From assembly GCA_037444405.1 (NCBI GenBank), contig JBBIML010000030.1:1-34250 (forward strand): 34,250 nucleotides of DNA, read 5' to 3'. Source of the DNA: Armatimonadota bacterium (GTDB taxonomy: Bacteria > Armatimonadota > Fimbriimonadia > Fimbriimonadales > GBS-DC). Position 1 is the first letter of the stretch, and every line of letters begins with the position of its first letter. A program made the position numbers and the translations under genes. The notes beneath the pieces are model-generated. The model worked only from the letters and a program-made list of their open reading frames with translations, searched no databases and had not been told where the DNA came from. Below are positions 1 to 9,200 of this stretch, piece after piece.

Positions 1-7
1 GTATGGT

Positions 8-130
8 CTATCGTCGGCACAGCTCTATCCCTCGTGCGCCAGGAAAGTCGACCCGTGTCGCGCGCAAAGTGCTGCCCACAAACTCCTGCTCGCATACCGG
101 CATCTGCCCATCATACAGATACTCCACTCG
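8..130 (-). pseudogene. Rhs/YD-repeat protein fragment (no start, premature stop)
   Basis: Manual minus-strand translation: RVEYLYDGQMPVCEQEFVGSTLRATRVDFPGARGIELCRR*. The YxYDG...E...GARGIE pattern resembles the late core of Rhs proteins (recognised from memory, not searched). Confidence 0.5.
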
Positions 131-206
131 CGAAGATTTTCCTGCTCCCTTCCCAGCAGGAGGTGGCGGATGGAGCGGGAACGATTGTTTTCAGGAAGGG
201 GAGCGG

Positions 207-656
207 ATGGAGCCGATTGTGAGCGAGGTGGGCTTTGAGGCGAGTTATCCGCCCGTGCTTGCCATCTACTGTTCGGATGGGCGCTATGCCGAAGCGTGCG
301 ACTGGTTTATTGAGCATTGTCTCGGCGAGCCGCGCTTTGATCAGTGGGCGGTGCCAGGCGGTGCGGCATGGCTCTGCCTGCACTATGACCGCGTGTGGGA
401 GCATGAGCTGGCGCGTCGCTACCTGCAGTTCCTCATTCGGGCACATCAGATTCAGCGCGTGGTGATGATTGCCCACGAGAATTGCGGCTTCTATCGCGAA
501 CGAGGCGTGCCACCTGAAAAGATGCACGAACAGCAAATCGCCGATCTCCGCACAGCAAAGCGAACCCTGCTGAGCTGGTTCCCCCAGCTTAAAGTGGAGT
601 GCTTCTTTGCCCAGCCAACGGAGGGACGAGTAAGCTTTACGCCTGTGGGAGATTGA
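207..656 (+). CDS. Beta-carbonic-anhydrase-like Zn-binding protein
   Basis: CSDGR, VPGG and HENCG match the beta-CA C-x-D-x-R ... H-x-x-C ligand pattern. ATG 207 is preceded by the purine-rich GGAAGGGGAG. Confidence 0.7.
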   Translation: MEPIVSEVGFEASYPPVLAIYCSDGRYAEACDWFIEHCLGEPRFDQWAVPGGAAWLCLHYDRVWEHELARRYLQFLIRAHQIQRVVMIAHENCGFYRERGVPPEKMHEQQIADLRTAKRTLLSWFPQLKVECFFAQPTEGRVSFTPVGD

Positions 657-686
657 CGGAGGTCAGGAAGGTATAATCACCCTGCT

Positions 687-3533
687 ATGCAGTGGCGGGC
701 GAAGTGGATCTGGTCGCCGGGCGAGGTCGCCCCGCGCAACTTCTACTGGTGCGTGCGCAAGGAGTTCGAACTGCCGGCGCGATTTGATCGCGTGCAAATC
801 GCCATCAGCGCCGACACGCGCTACACCCTCTGGTTCAACGGCACGCTCATCGGGCACGGTCCCGTGCGCGCCTTTCACGGCAAATGGTACTACGATATCT
901 ACGATGTCACGGAATGGGCGCAGCGCGGGCTGAACGCCATCGCGGTGCTGGTTCATCACTACGGGATTGCAACCTTCCAGTACGATTTCGTGCGAGGCAA
1001 AGGGCGTGGCGGGCTGATCGCGCAGGTGGAGTGCGACGGGCGCGTCGTGGCGGCGTCGGATCAAAGCTGGCTGAATGTACCGCACCCCGCCTTTGAACGC
1101 CAGACGGTGCGCATGTCGTGCCAGCTGGGCTTCGCAGAGCATTATGACGCCCGTCGCTCCATCGGCGACTGGACCCAGCCCCGCTTCGATGATTATGAGT
1201 GGAACGAAGCGGTGGAAATCGGCGATGCGGGCTGCGAGCCGTGGGGCGAGCTGCTACCGCGCCCTATCCCGCTGCTGACCCAGGAGCCTGTCTATCCGCA
1301 ACGCCTGCTGAAGGCGCGTGTGGTGCGCCCGCCTGTTAGCGCGTGGGCGTTCGATCTCAAGCCGATCCTGCGCCCCGACGATCTCACCGCCAATCCCAGC
1401 GTGCTGGTCGGTTTAATCGCCACCGAACTGCGCCTGCAGAAGCCTGCCACAATTCGCATCAGCAGCGTGCATCACGGTCTGCGCGAGAACGATGTGCGCA
1501 TCGACGGCAAGCCCATACCCGTGCAAAACGGCACCGCGACCACCACCCTCCCCGAAGGGAGCCACCTGCTGTGCATCAATGTCGCCCGCTGGTATCACGA
1601 CTGGTTCTTCTATCCCGTGCTGGACTGGGAACCCGACGCGCCGGTACAACTGGTTAACCCTCTGCTGGAGCATGCCGATTACCCCTGGATTATTCTGGGT
1701 CCCTTTGAAAGCGATTCGCATCCCGATTTTCAGGCGGCGTTCGGTGTGGAGAGCGTGTCGGCTCTGCACCAGCTGCCCCACACGGTACGCCATGCGATTG
1801 ACCCCCTGCACACGGCGAAGGCAAATGTCTTTGCGCTGACCTCTCGCGCCACGCCCCTGCAGGAACGCCCGCGCGTCGCACGCACCGAGGGCTGTCTGAA
1901 CGCCGTCGATGACGAGACCCTGCTCCACCCACCGCAAACGGGCGATCTGGAACTCTGGTTCGACTTCGGGCGCGAGGTCGTCGGCTATGTGGAGCTCGAG
2001 CTGGAGGCGCCCGACGGCACGATTTTCGATTTCAACGGCTTCGAGTATCTGGACCCGGTTCAGCCGGAACGGGTGCAGTGGACAAACGGCTTGAACAACA
2101 CTTTTCGTTATGTGGCGCGGCGGGGCTGGCAGCGATATCGGAGCATCGTGCGGCGCGGCTTCCGCTACGCGACGCTCACCGTGCGCTTCCCGCAGGGCAG
2201 CACCGAACCCGTGCGCCTGCGCCGAATCTGCTGCTATCTGAACACCTACCCTTACGAGCAGAGGGGCGCGTTCGCCTGCTCCGACCATCTGCTCAACACC
2301 ATCTACGAGATGTCGCGCTATACGGTGCGCCTGTGCAGCGAGGACACCTTCGTGGACTGTCCTGCCTATGAGCAGACCTTCTGGGTGGGCGACGCCCGCA
2401 ACGAGGCGCTGTTCGCCTACGCTGGCTTCGGCGACTACACGCTTGCTCGCCGCTGCCTGCTCTTAGCGGGCGAATCGCTCAGGCGTTCGCCCCTTGTGGA
2501 GAGCCAGGTGCCCAGCGGCTGGGAGAACATCCTCACGGCGTGGGCGCTGCTGTGGGCTATCGCCTGCTATGAGCATTACCTGTTCACAGGCGATGCGGAG
2601 TTCCTCAAAGCCATCTACCCTGCCATCCGTCAGCAGAACGAAACCCTGCACACGCGCTACCTGAACTCCAGCGGTTTGCTGGAGATTCGGGCGTGGAACA
2701 TGCTCGACTGGGCGCCGATGGACACGCCGAACGAGGGCATGGTGACGCATCAGAACATGTGGCTGGTGAAGGTATGGGACTGCACGGCGCAGTTAGCCGA
2801 ATGGCTGGGCGAGACGCGCGACGCACTCACCTGGCGCCAGTGGGCGAACGACCTGCGCGAAGCCATCAACCGCTACCTGTGGAATGAGCAGAAACAAGCC
2901 TACACCGACTGCCTGAAGCCCGATGGCTCCCAGAGCGCGACCTTCAGCCAGCAGACACAGGTGGTCGCCTATCTCTGCGGCGTTGTGCCCGACGCGCAGC
3001 GCGCCCGCTTCGAGGGCTATCTGAAGGAGCCGCCGGACGGCTTCGTGCGCATCGGCAGCCCCTTCATGATGGCATTCGTGCTGGAGGCGCTCATGCAGGC
3101 GGGACAGCGCCAGCCGATTCTGGACCTGATTCGCCGCTGGTGGGGGCTAATGGTGCGCATGGGCGCGACCACCTGCTGGGAGATGTTCCCCAGCCGCGAG
3201 CCGCAGAACCCCATGCGGGCGCACGAGGTCGGCTGGTTCACGCGCAGCCACTGCCATGCGTGGAGCGCCGCGCCCGCCTGCTTCCTGCCCACCTGCCTGC
3301 TGGGTATCCAGCCGCTGGAGCCAGGTTTCAAGCGCTTCGCCCTGCAGCCGTTTCTGGGCGATCTGGAATGGGCATACGGCGCGTTCCCACTGCCGCAGGG
3401 CAGGCTGGAGTTCGCGATGGAGCGCGTGCAGGACGCCCTTCACCTGCGATTGAGCGTGCCTGAAGGCGCAACGGCGGTGCTGGACGGCAGGGAGTACCCT
3501 GCAGGCACACACAGCATCACCCATAGAGGATAA
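687..3533 (+). CDS. Alpha-L-rhamnosidase (GH78 family)
   Basis: 948 aa. N-terminal ISADTRYTLWFNG, FDFGRE...RRGFRY, catalytic-region DCPAYEQTFWVGD, GATTCWE and SHCHAWS motifs. Confidence 0.9.
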   Translation: MQWRAKWIWSPGEVAPRNFYWCVRKEFELPARFDRVQIAISADTRYTLWFNGTLIGHGPVRAFHGKWYYDIYDVTEWAQRGLNAIAVLVHHYGIATFQYDFVRGKGRGGLIAQVECDGRVVAASDQSWLNVPHPAFERQTVRMSCQLGFAEHYDARRSIGDWTQPRFDDYEWNEAVEIGDAGCEPWGELLPRPIPLLTQEPVYPQRLLKARVVRPPVSAWAFDLKPILRPDDLTANPSVLVGLIATELRLQKPATIRISSVHHGLRENDVRIDGKPIPVQNGTATTTLPEGSHLLCINVARWYHDWFFYPVLDWEPDAPVQLVNPLLEHADYPWIILGPFESDSHPDFQAAFGVESVSALHQLPHTVRHAIDPLHTAKANVFALTSRATPLQERPRVARTEGCLNAVDDETLLHPPQTGDLELWFDFGREVVGYVELELEAPDGTIFDFNGFEYLDPVQPERVQWTNGLNNTFRYVARRGWQRYRSIVRRGFRYATLTVRFPQGSTEPVRLRRICCYLNTYPYEQRGAFACSDHLLNTIYEMSRYTVRLCSEDTFVDCPAYEQTFWVGDARNEALFAYAGFGDYTLARRCLLLAGESLRRSPLVESQVPSGWENILTAWALLWAIACYEHYLFTGDAEFLKAIYPAIRQQNETLHTRYLNSSGLLEIRAWNMLDWAPMDTPNEGMVTHQNMWLVKVWDCTAQLAEWLGETRDALTWRQWANDLREAINRYLWNEQKQAYTDCLKPDGSQSATFSQQTQVVAYLCGVVPDAQRARFEGYLKEPPDGFVRIGSPFMMAFVLEALMQAGQRQPILDLIRRWWGLMVRMGATTCWEMFPSREPQNPMRAHEVGWFTRSHCHAWSAAPACFLPTCLLGIQPLEPGFKRFALQPFLGDLEWAYGAFPLPQGRLEFAMERVQDALHLRLSVPEGATAVLDGREYPAGTHSITHRG

Positions 3534-4522
3534 AGCTCCAGCAGGGCGCGAAACTCGTCCAGAATGCCCCAGAAGAGCCACGGCACGCCCAGCACGAGCA
3601 GACCTGTCAGCATCATCTGGCGCAGCAGGGGCGGCTTGCGACGCCAGCCCCACGCAGGGAGAGCAATCGCAATTGCCAGAATGAGCAGAAATCGCAGATG
3701 CCGCCAGCCAAAATCGGTGAGCATCGATTCGAGAAACGGCAGGTTGAACTTCAGCAGCCAGAACTCGAACGCGCTACCCGGATTGCCCCGATAGAGCCAT
3801 CCCAGCCAGAGGCGGATACTTAGATAGAGGCTGACCAGCCCCATCATCTGCAGGAACAGACCTGCATAACCGCTCTGCCCTGTGTGTCTCCATACCAGCG
3901 CCCACCACACGATGAGCAAAACGGCGGTCTCCTTGTGCCACGCCGCAAGCGCGGTCAGCACCACCATCCAAGCGAAACCCTTTCTTCCTGCCGCCTCCTG
4001 GACTTGCACCATCACCACCAGCACCAGCGAATAGAGGAAGAGCGTGGCGGCATCGTAAATATGCACCCCGTGCCGCCAGTTGAGCAGGGGATAGACCAGC
4101 CCCAGCGCGAGCATCGGCAGCCAGAGCGAACGCCTTGCCGAAAGCCCCGAACAGGTGCGCAACAGCCACCGCCAGCAGAGCAAAGCGCCGCAATAGCAGC
4201 CCCACACGCTCAGCACCAGCAACAGATGGGCATAGGCTACCTGCGGATTGTGCCCCAGCAAAAGTCGGGGTAGCGGCACGGGTAACGCCTCTATCGCCTG
4301 CACAATCGCCTCGCGCCACGGGGCGGGCGTGTAGCGCGCCAATAAGCCAATCGTGTCGGGCACAAGCCGGCGCATCACGAACGGGCGGTGCGCTGTGCCA
4401 TCGACCATCGCCGCCAGACAGGAGCGCGCATCGCGGTCAAAGCGCAGCGCCGCGGTGAAGAGCGTCATCACTGCGCCAGCGAGCAGATAGAGCGCAACAG
4501 CCGTCAGCCAATGGTTCCTCAT
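3440..4522 (-). CDS. Polytopic membrane protein, possibly GT-C-fold glycosyltransferase-like
   Basis: Many hydrophobic segments; HRPFVMRRLVP, YD and KET motifs. ATG directly follows the methyltransferase stop codon. Confidence 0.65.
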   Translation of the reverse strand: MRNHWLTAVALYLLAGAVMTLFTAALRFDRDARSCLAAMVDGTAHRPFVMRRLVPDTIGLLARYTPAPWREAIVQAIEALPVPLPRLLLGHNPQVAYAHLLLVLSVWGCYCGALLCWRWLLRTCSGLSARRSLWLPMLALGLVYPLLNWRHGVHIYDAATLFLYSLVLVVMVQVQEAAGRKGFAWMVVLTALAAWHKETAVLLIVWWALVWRHTGQSGYAGLFLQMMGLVSLYLSIRLWLGWLYRGNPGSAFEFWLLKFNLPFLESMLTDFGWRHLRFLLILAIAIALPAWGWRRKPPLLRQMMLTGLLVLGVPWLFWGILDEFRALLELYPLWVMLCVPAGYSLPSSTAVAPSGTLNRR

Positions 4523-5323
4523 CTATCGCTTCTCAAAGAACATCACATACTCGTGCTTGAACAGATAGTAGTTGCCCTGCAGAGCGCGATAGCGCCACAG
4601 ATTGCGTCGTCCCCGCTTGCCCCTGTTCTCCTGAATATCTTTCACGCAGATGCTTTTCAGGCGGAAGCCATGTTTGATCACGCGCTCCATCGTGTAGAAA
4701 CCGAGCGGCACCCATTCACCGCGCGTATACTGGTCGCCAATCACCAGCACGAGGAACCGCCCACGCTCCAGCAGAGGCGCAAAGTTCGCCACCACCTCCT
4801 CAAAAGCATCGCAGAACTGCTCGGTCGTGGGTAGGTTGGAGAGGTCGCGCGGGTCGTCACTGAACCGAATGATGTTGTGGTAAGGCGGGTGAAGCAGCAG
4901 CAGATGGGCATGCTCGAAACCCCAGCGTTGCAACACCTGCTGCACCTGCGAAGCGGTCTCTGGAGAGCGGCTATCACCGAGAAGGATCTCCCAGCAAGAA
5001 GCAGATGTCGGCTCCTGTTGAACACGCTGGCGCGCCTGCTCGGCAACGGTCGGGTTCAGCTCCACGCCAACACTATATCGTCCCAGTCGGCAGGCTTCGA
5101 TGAGCGTGGTGCCCAGCCCCACGAATGGGTCTATCACCGCCTCGCCCGTGCGCGTGAAGCGCAGCATTGCCTGGCGCGGGATTTGCGGCACGAAGTTGCC
5201 CCAGTATTCCGCCGTGTGCGCCCCGCTATTGTCCCGACGCCCCAGCAGCCAGAGGCTATCGGTCAGAATCTCCCTGTACTCCCGCCAGCGACTCAGCTCC
5301 AGATCATTAATCGGGTTCGCCAT
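4523..5323 (-). CDS. SAM-dependent amino-methyltransferase (DNA N4/N6 methylase-like), orphan
   Basis: DPFVGLGTT SAM-binding motif, HPPY catalytic-like motif, N-terminal HTAEYWGNFVPQIP. Confidence 0.8.
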   Translation of the reverse strand: MANPINDLELSRWREYREILTDSLWLLGRRDNSGAHTAEYWGNFVPQIPRQAMLRFTRTGEAVIDPFVGLGTTLIEACRLGRYSVGVELNPTVAEQARQRVQQEPTSASCWEILLGDSRSPETASQVQQVLQRWGFEHAHLLLLHPPYHNIIRFSDDPRDLSNLPTTEQFCDAFEEVVANFAPLLERGRFLVLVIGDQYTRGEWVPLGFYTMERVIKHGFRLKSICVKDIQENRGKRGRRNLWRYRALQGNYYLFKHEYVMFFEKR

Positions 5324-5364
5324 GATCGTTAGAGTATAGCCGATGGCTCAACCGCTGCCACCCC

Positions 5365-5408
5365 TTGACAAAAGCGTCTGCCATTGGGTAATATTTAGTC
5401 AGGCTAAG
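5365..5408 (+). promoter_or_regulatory. Sigma70-type promoter of sufC with palindromic operator
   Basis: TTGACA 5365-5370, 18-nt spacer, TAATAT 5389-5394; TTTAG-tcagg-CTAAG 5394-5408; AGGAGG RBS before GTG 5425. Confidence 0.7.
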
Positions 5409-5424
5409 CAACAGGAGGCTGGCA

Positions 5425-6210
5425 GTGAGCGAGAGAATACCACTTCTGGAGATTCGGGATTTATGGGTCAAACTGCCCGATGAGGAGGAACCGATTTTGC
5501 GCGGGGTGAGCCTGACCCTCCATGCGGGCGAGGTTCACGCGCTGATGGGTCCGAACGGGTCGGGCAAGTCCACTCTGGCGAAGGTTCTCGCGGGCTATGA
5601 GGGCTACGAAATCGTGCGCGGCGAGGTTCTCTTCCGCGGCGAGAACCTGCTGGAGATGGAGCCTGACGAGCGGGCACGCGCGGGGCTGTTCCTCGCCTTC
5701 CAGTACCCGATGGAGGTGCCCGGCGTGACCATCGCGAACTTCCTGCGGCTGGCGTACCAGCGACGCTTCAACCGCGAGGTGCGATACGCTGAGTTCTATC
5801 GGCTGCTGCTGCAGCACCTCAAAAAGCTGGAGATGGATGCCTCCTTCGCCAGCCGTGCAGTGAACGAGGGCTTTTCGGGCGGCGAAAAGAAGCGATTCGA
5901 AATCGTGCAGATGTCCCTGCTGGAACCCGTGCTGGCAATCCTGGATGAGACCGATTCGGGGCTGGACATCGACGCGCTCAAGGTCGTGGCGAACGGCGTC
6001 AACAGCATGCGCTCGCCTGAACGCGCGTTCCTTGTCATCACGCACTATCAGCGCATCCTGAACTACATCACGCCCGACCATGTGCATGTGATGGTCGACG
6101 GGCGCATTGTGCGGTCGGGCGGCGCGGAGCTGGCGCTCCAGCTGGAGGAGCGCGGCTACGACTGGGTGCGCGGTGAACTAACCGGCGTCGCTGCTGTACA
6201 GGAGGGTTAA
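5425..6210 (+). CDS. sufC: Fe-S cluster assembly ATPase SufC
   Basis: GPNGSGKST Walker [40 protein letters not shown]. Confidence 0.97.
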   Translation: MSERIPLLEIRDLWVKLPDEEEPILRGVSLTLHAGEVHALMGPNGSGKSTLAKVLAGYEGYEIVRGEVLFRGENLLEMEPDERARAGLFLAFQYPMEVPGVTIANFLRLAYQRRFNREVRYAEFYRLLLQHLKKLEMDASFASRAVNEGFSGGEKKRFEIVQMSLLEPVLAILDETDSGLDIDALKVVANGVNSMRSPERAFLVITHYQRILNYITPDHVHVMVDGRIVRSGGAELALQLEERGYDWVRGELTGVAAVQEG

Positions 6211-6212
6211 TC

Positions 6213-9200
6213 ATGGCACAGCCAGAGGTATTGCGGATTGGTGAAGACTACCTTCACAAGTATGGCTTTTACGATGACATCAAGCCCGTTTTCCAGACAG
6301 GGCGCGGGCTGAACCGTCGCGTGGTGGAGGCAATCTCCTACGAGAAGAACGAGCCGAAGTGGATGCGCGACTTCCGCCTGCGCGCCTACGAGATTTTCAT
6401 CAGCAAGCCGATGCCCAGCTGGGGACCCAACCTGTCCGCGCTCAATTTCGACGAAATCGTCTACTACATCAAGCCGACCGACCACAAGGCGCGCAGCTGG
6501 GATGAAGTGCCCGAAGACATTAAGCGCACCTTCGACAGGCTCGGCATCCCCGAATGGGAGCGCAAGTTCCTTGCAGGGGTGGGAGCCCAGTATGACTGCC
6601 TAACAGCCGATTCGATGGTCTACACCGACTCAGGATTGGTGCCGATTTCCGAAATTCAACCCGGTCAGTGGGTCTATTCACTTGACCCCGACACGCGCCG
6701 CATCATCAAGCAGCGCGTGCGTGCCGTGATGTATAAGGGCAAGCTGCCTGTCTTTGAGGTTAAGGTCGCGGGGCGCACGCTTAAGGCAACCTACAATCAT
6801 CCCTTTTACGCGATTGTCTACGAGAAGGGCGAGGGCAAGCAGCGCGGCACGATTCGCCCCCAGTGGCGCTATCTGTCGGACCTGCAGCCGGGTGACTACA
6901 TCGCGATTGCCCGTCAAGTTCCTGATGAGGGCAAGCCATACCGCCTGCCAACTGTCGAGATTTCAGCGACCTACATGGGGCGCAACCAGCTGCGTGAATT
7001 TGAGGTGAACGCCTCCGGCTGGCTCTACACGCGCCAGCAGCGGCGCCTGCGCCTGCCGACAGAAACCACGGAACCCCTGATGTGGTTTCTGGGCGCGTAT
7101 CTGGGCGATGGCTGCCTGCGACGGAAGAAGCGCGGGAAACCCTACACCATCGTGGACATCGCCTTTCCTGCGACCCAGCCCGAGCTGCGGGCACAGCTGG
7201 CAGACGCGCTCTGTGAGGCGTTCCACTACCGTCTGCGCCCCAGCAGCGACCCCTATCGGGTGCGTATCTACAGTGCGCCAATCGCCCGATTCCTTGAGAC
7301 GCTGGGGATTACAGGCAACGCTTACACCAAGTCGGTTCCCGACTGGGTTTTCAGCCTGCCGCGCAGCCAGCAGCTGGCGTTCCTCGCGGGGTACATCGAC
7401 GCAGACGGCGGAGTCCGATGTAGCGAGCGCAACAACGATGTGCTACTCACCAGCGTGAACGAATCGCTTCTCAAAGCGATACATCGGCTCGCAATCCTGT
7501 GCGGTTTGAGCGTATCGGATATCTACACCTTCACCTCACGGTCTACCTACAAAGGGCGCACGACAGAGCGCGTCGGCTACCGATTCCTCATCAGCGGTGA
7601 CCTGACGCCACTGGCAGAATACTCCGTGAAGGTGCGCAATCACCTCGCTCCGCGCCGCTACTATCACCAGCACAAGTCGTATCACGACGTCCCCTTGAAT
7701 GCCCATATCAGCGAAGAGATCGGGTTTGCACGCATCGAATCCATCACCTATGTCGGTGTCGAGGACACCTACGATATTGAGGTGGAAGGTGTGCATAACT
7801 TCATCGCCGAGGGAATTATTGTGCATAACTCCGAAGTGATCTACCATCGTCTGCGGGAAGACCTCGAAAAACTCGGCGTTATCTTCGTTGATACCGACAC
7901 CGCCGTTCAGAAATATCCCGATCTCGTGCGGGAATACTTCGGCACGGTGATCCCGCCGCACGATAACAAGTTCGCCGCGCTCAACTCGGCGGTCTGGTCA
8001 GGCGGCTCCTTCGTGTATGTGCCCGCGGGCGTGAAGGTCGAAATCCCCCTGCAGGCTTACTTCCGCATCAACGCCCGCAACGCGGGTCAGTTCGAGCGCA
8101 CCCTGATTATCGCCGAAGAAGGTTCGTTTGTGCATTATGTGGAGGGCTGCACTGCCCCGGTATATGCCGAGTCTGCCCTCCACAGCGCGGTGGTGGAGAT
8201 TATCGTGAAGCGCGGCGCGCGCGTGCGCTACACCACCATCCAGAACTGGTCCAAGGATGTGTACAACCTCGTGACCAAGCGCTCCGTCGTATATGGCGAC
8301 GCCGTGATGGAATGGGTGGATGGCAATCTCGGCTGCGTGTGCGCTGGGGAGCTGGTCTACACGGAGCGCGGCCCTGTGCCGATTGAGCAGGTCGAGCCGG
8401 GTACGCGCGTGTGGAGCTTCGACGAGTCGCGGCGGCTCTGGGTGTTGCGCCCTGTGGTGGCACGCAAGGCGAGCGGCATGCAACAGGTGTACGAGATTGC
8501 GCTCTCGAACGGGCGCACACTCCGCCTGACCGCGAACCACCCGCTGCTGACAGTGCAGTACGATCCGACACGCCCGAAGAAGCTGGGACGCTACAGCCTG
8601 CGCTGGAAGCCCGTCGAGGCGCTCACAGCAGGCGACCTGATTATCTTCCCGACCGCGTTGCACGCTGAGGGGCAGCCCTACCGCTTCGTGCGTCCCGAAC
8701 TACCCGACCAGTTCACGGGACGCAACCAGTACGGTGCAGAGTACCCGATTGCCTCGCACTCGCGTCAGGAAGTTCAACTCCCCAAATACGCCGATGAAGA
8801 CATCTGCTGGCTGCTGGGGCTGTGGATTGCTGAAGGCGACTACACCATCCAGTCGGGGCGCAACGGGCATCGGTATGGGCGTGTGGGGTTCAGCGTGCCG
8901 ACGACTGACCGCGCCTACCCGCGCCTGATTTCGCTGCTGACCCGCTACTTCGGCAATCACGCGATTGAGCTGCGCAAGGACGAGCGCTACCTGCGCGTCA
9001 ACTCGCTGGAGTTCGCGCTGTGGCTCAAGGCGAACGGCTTTGTGTCGGGCGCGAAAGAGAAGCGCATCCCCGCCTGGGTGTTCACCCTACCCACTCGCAT
9101 GCAGGCGGCGTTCCTTGCGGGCTATATCGACGGCGACGGTTGCGCACGATACAACCAGCTCTCCCTCAAGTCGGCGAACCGCGCCCTGCTACAGGATGTG

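Noticed and set aside
3..206. N-terminal extension of the 3..656 ORF
   Set aside because: The recognisable domain begins at ATG 207 with an RBS-like sequence; the extension overlaps an opposite-strand Rhs-like fragment.
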